Part shown: positions 63,284-64,000 of the stretch, one piece after another
How the letters are laid out: each line of letters starts with the position of its first letter
Position numbering within the stretch: the first letter of the stretch is position 1
Origin: Takakia lepidozioides
Lineage: Eukaryota > Plantae > Bryophyta
DNA length: 64,000 nucleotides
NCBI GenBank assembly: GCA_030704615.1
Contig: CM060732.1
Location: forward strand, 55,552,001 to 55,616,000
Reading direction: 5' to 3'
Notes under the pieces: model-generated
Databases searched by the model: none
The model's input: only the letters and a program-made list of their open reading frames with translations
What the model was told of the DNA's origin: nothing
Made by a program: the position numbers and the translations under genes

Positions 63284-64000
63284 TGTCGTACGTATACATA
63301 TCGCTACACAACTACATCGTTGTCCAAAACCACACAACATATGTGCACACCAAACACTAATCTATCACTAGTCCACCACTAGTGCACCACTAGGCTGCCA
63401 CTAGACAACCACTAGCCACCACTAGTGCAGCCACTAGTCCATCACAATCGCCCCCCTAGCTGGCGCTTAGGTCCCTCTAAGTCCAGGTAGCCACAAGATG
63501 TAATAGTGGCCATAGCCTCACTAAGTCCTCCACCACTGTCCCTACTACACTCAAACTCAATAGATCAAGAGGCCGGGTACAAGAGTTGCCCCATCGTTAG
63601 TCGCCGTCTTGCAACCTGGTATCCCAAGCAATATGGATATAACCAATCTCCATCAGGAACCCTCTCAAGAGGTGGTGTCAAGCATCCCATGTGTCAACCT
63701 CTTGAGCATCGATCACACACCAGCATAGTGCCGGCACCACGAGCATGCCCACATAGCATGCAACGCAACCCTGCAGGTACCACTGCAAGGGTGGGATCTA
63801 TCATCCCATCCACATGTGGAATGCAGCCCCCTCACTAGCCTTGTCAGGCAATGGAACCAACTCAATCCACTTGGAGAAGTGCTCCACCATCACCAACACA
63901 TATCTGTGGTGGCGCATCGTCAATGGCAACGGCCCTGCGAAGTCAAGACTCCACCTGTAGCCCAATCCCATGATAGGTAATGGATGCAACTGTGGTGTAG
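63284..64000 (-). mobile_element. Ty3/gypsy LTR retrotransposon 3' portion: integrase fragment, PHD finger, PPT and 163-bp 3' LTR
   Basis: Integrase HPLPIMG..WSLDFAGPLP..YVLVMVEHFSKWIE (63830-63990); PHD at 63628-63762; PPT GCTAGGGGGGCGAT (63447-63460) abutting the LTR TGTGA...CGACA. Confidence 0.9.

Noticed and set aside
62799-63446. TRIM element formed by the two short LTRs
   Set aside because: No PBS or PPT in the 300-bp interval. The PPT lies outside, linking the right LTR to the gypsy body.

Overview
Eukaryotic nuclear DNA from a land plant, most likely a bryophyte such as a moss (inferred from the gene set, intron style and TE families; the species cannot be determined here). Six conserved protein genes are supported: APE2 (11 exons, -), TIC55 (5 exons, +), a GT37 fucosyltransferase (-), a conserved plant protein of unknown function (+), a SAG18/ceramidase-family membrane protein (7 exons, +) and a small Ser-rich protein with a CxCxPTxHxGSFRCxxH motif (-). 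A further K/E-rich orphan gene with five exons joined by phase-0 introns is predicted at 35.8-39.6 kb (-). The rest is rich in transposons: two RTEX-like LINE families, an L1 remnant, tRNA-derived SINEs, Mutator-, Harbinger-, hAT- and piggyBac-type non-autonomous DNA elements, a TIR-bounded element carrying an array of about 16 palindromes at ~50-bp spacing, and a Ty3/gypsy remnant. The most notable signals are a PHD finger downstream of the gypsy integrase (not in the ORF track), a piggyBac-signature MITE in a land plant, a duplicated splice acceptor in APE2 that would remove the PIP box and Zf-GRF, and a SINE-LINE pair sharing a 3' tail. All coordinates and translations were derived by hand; no database searches were run.
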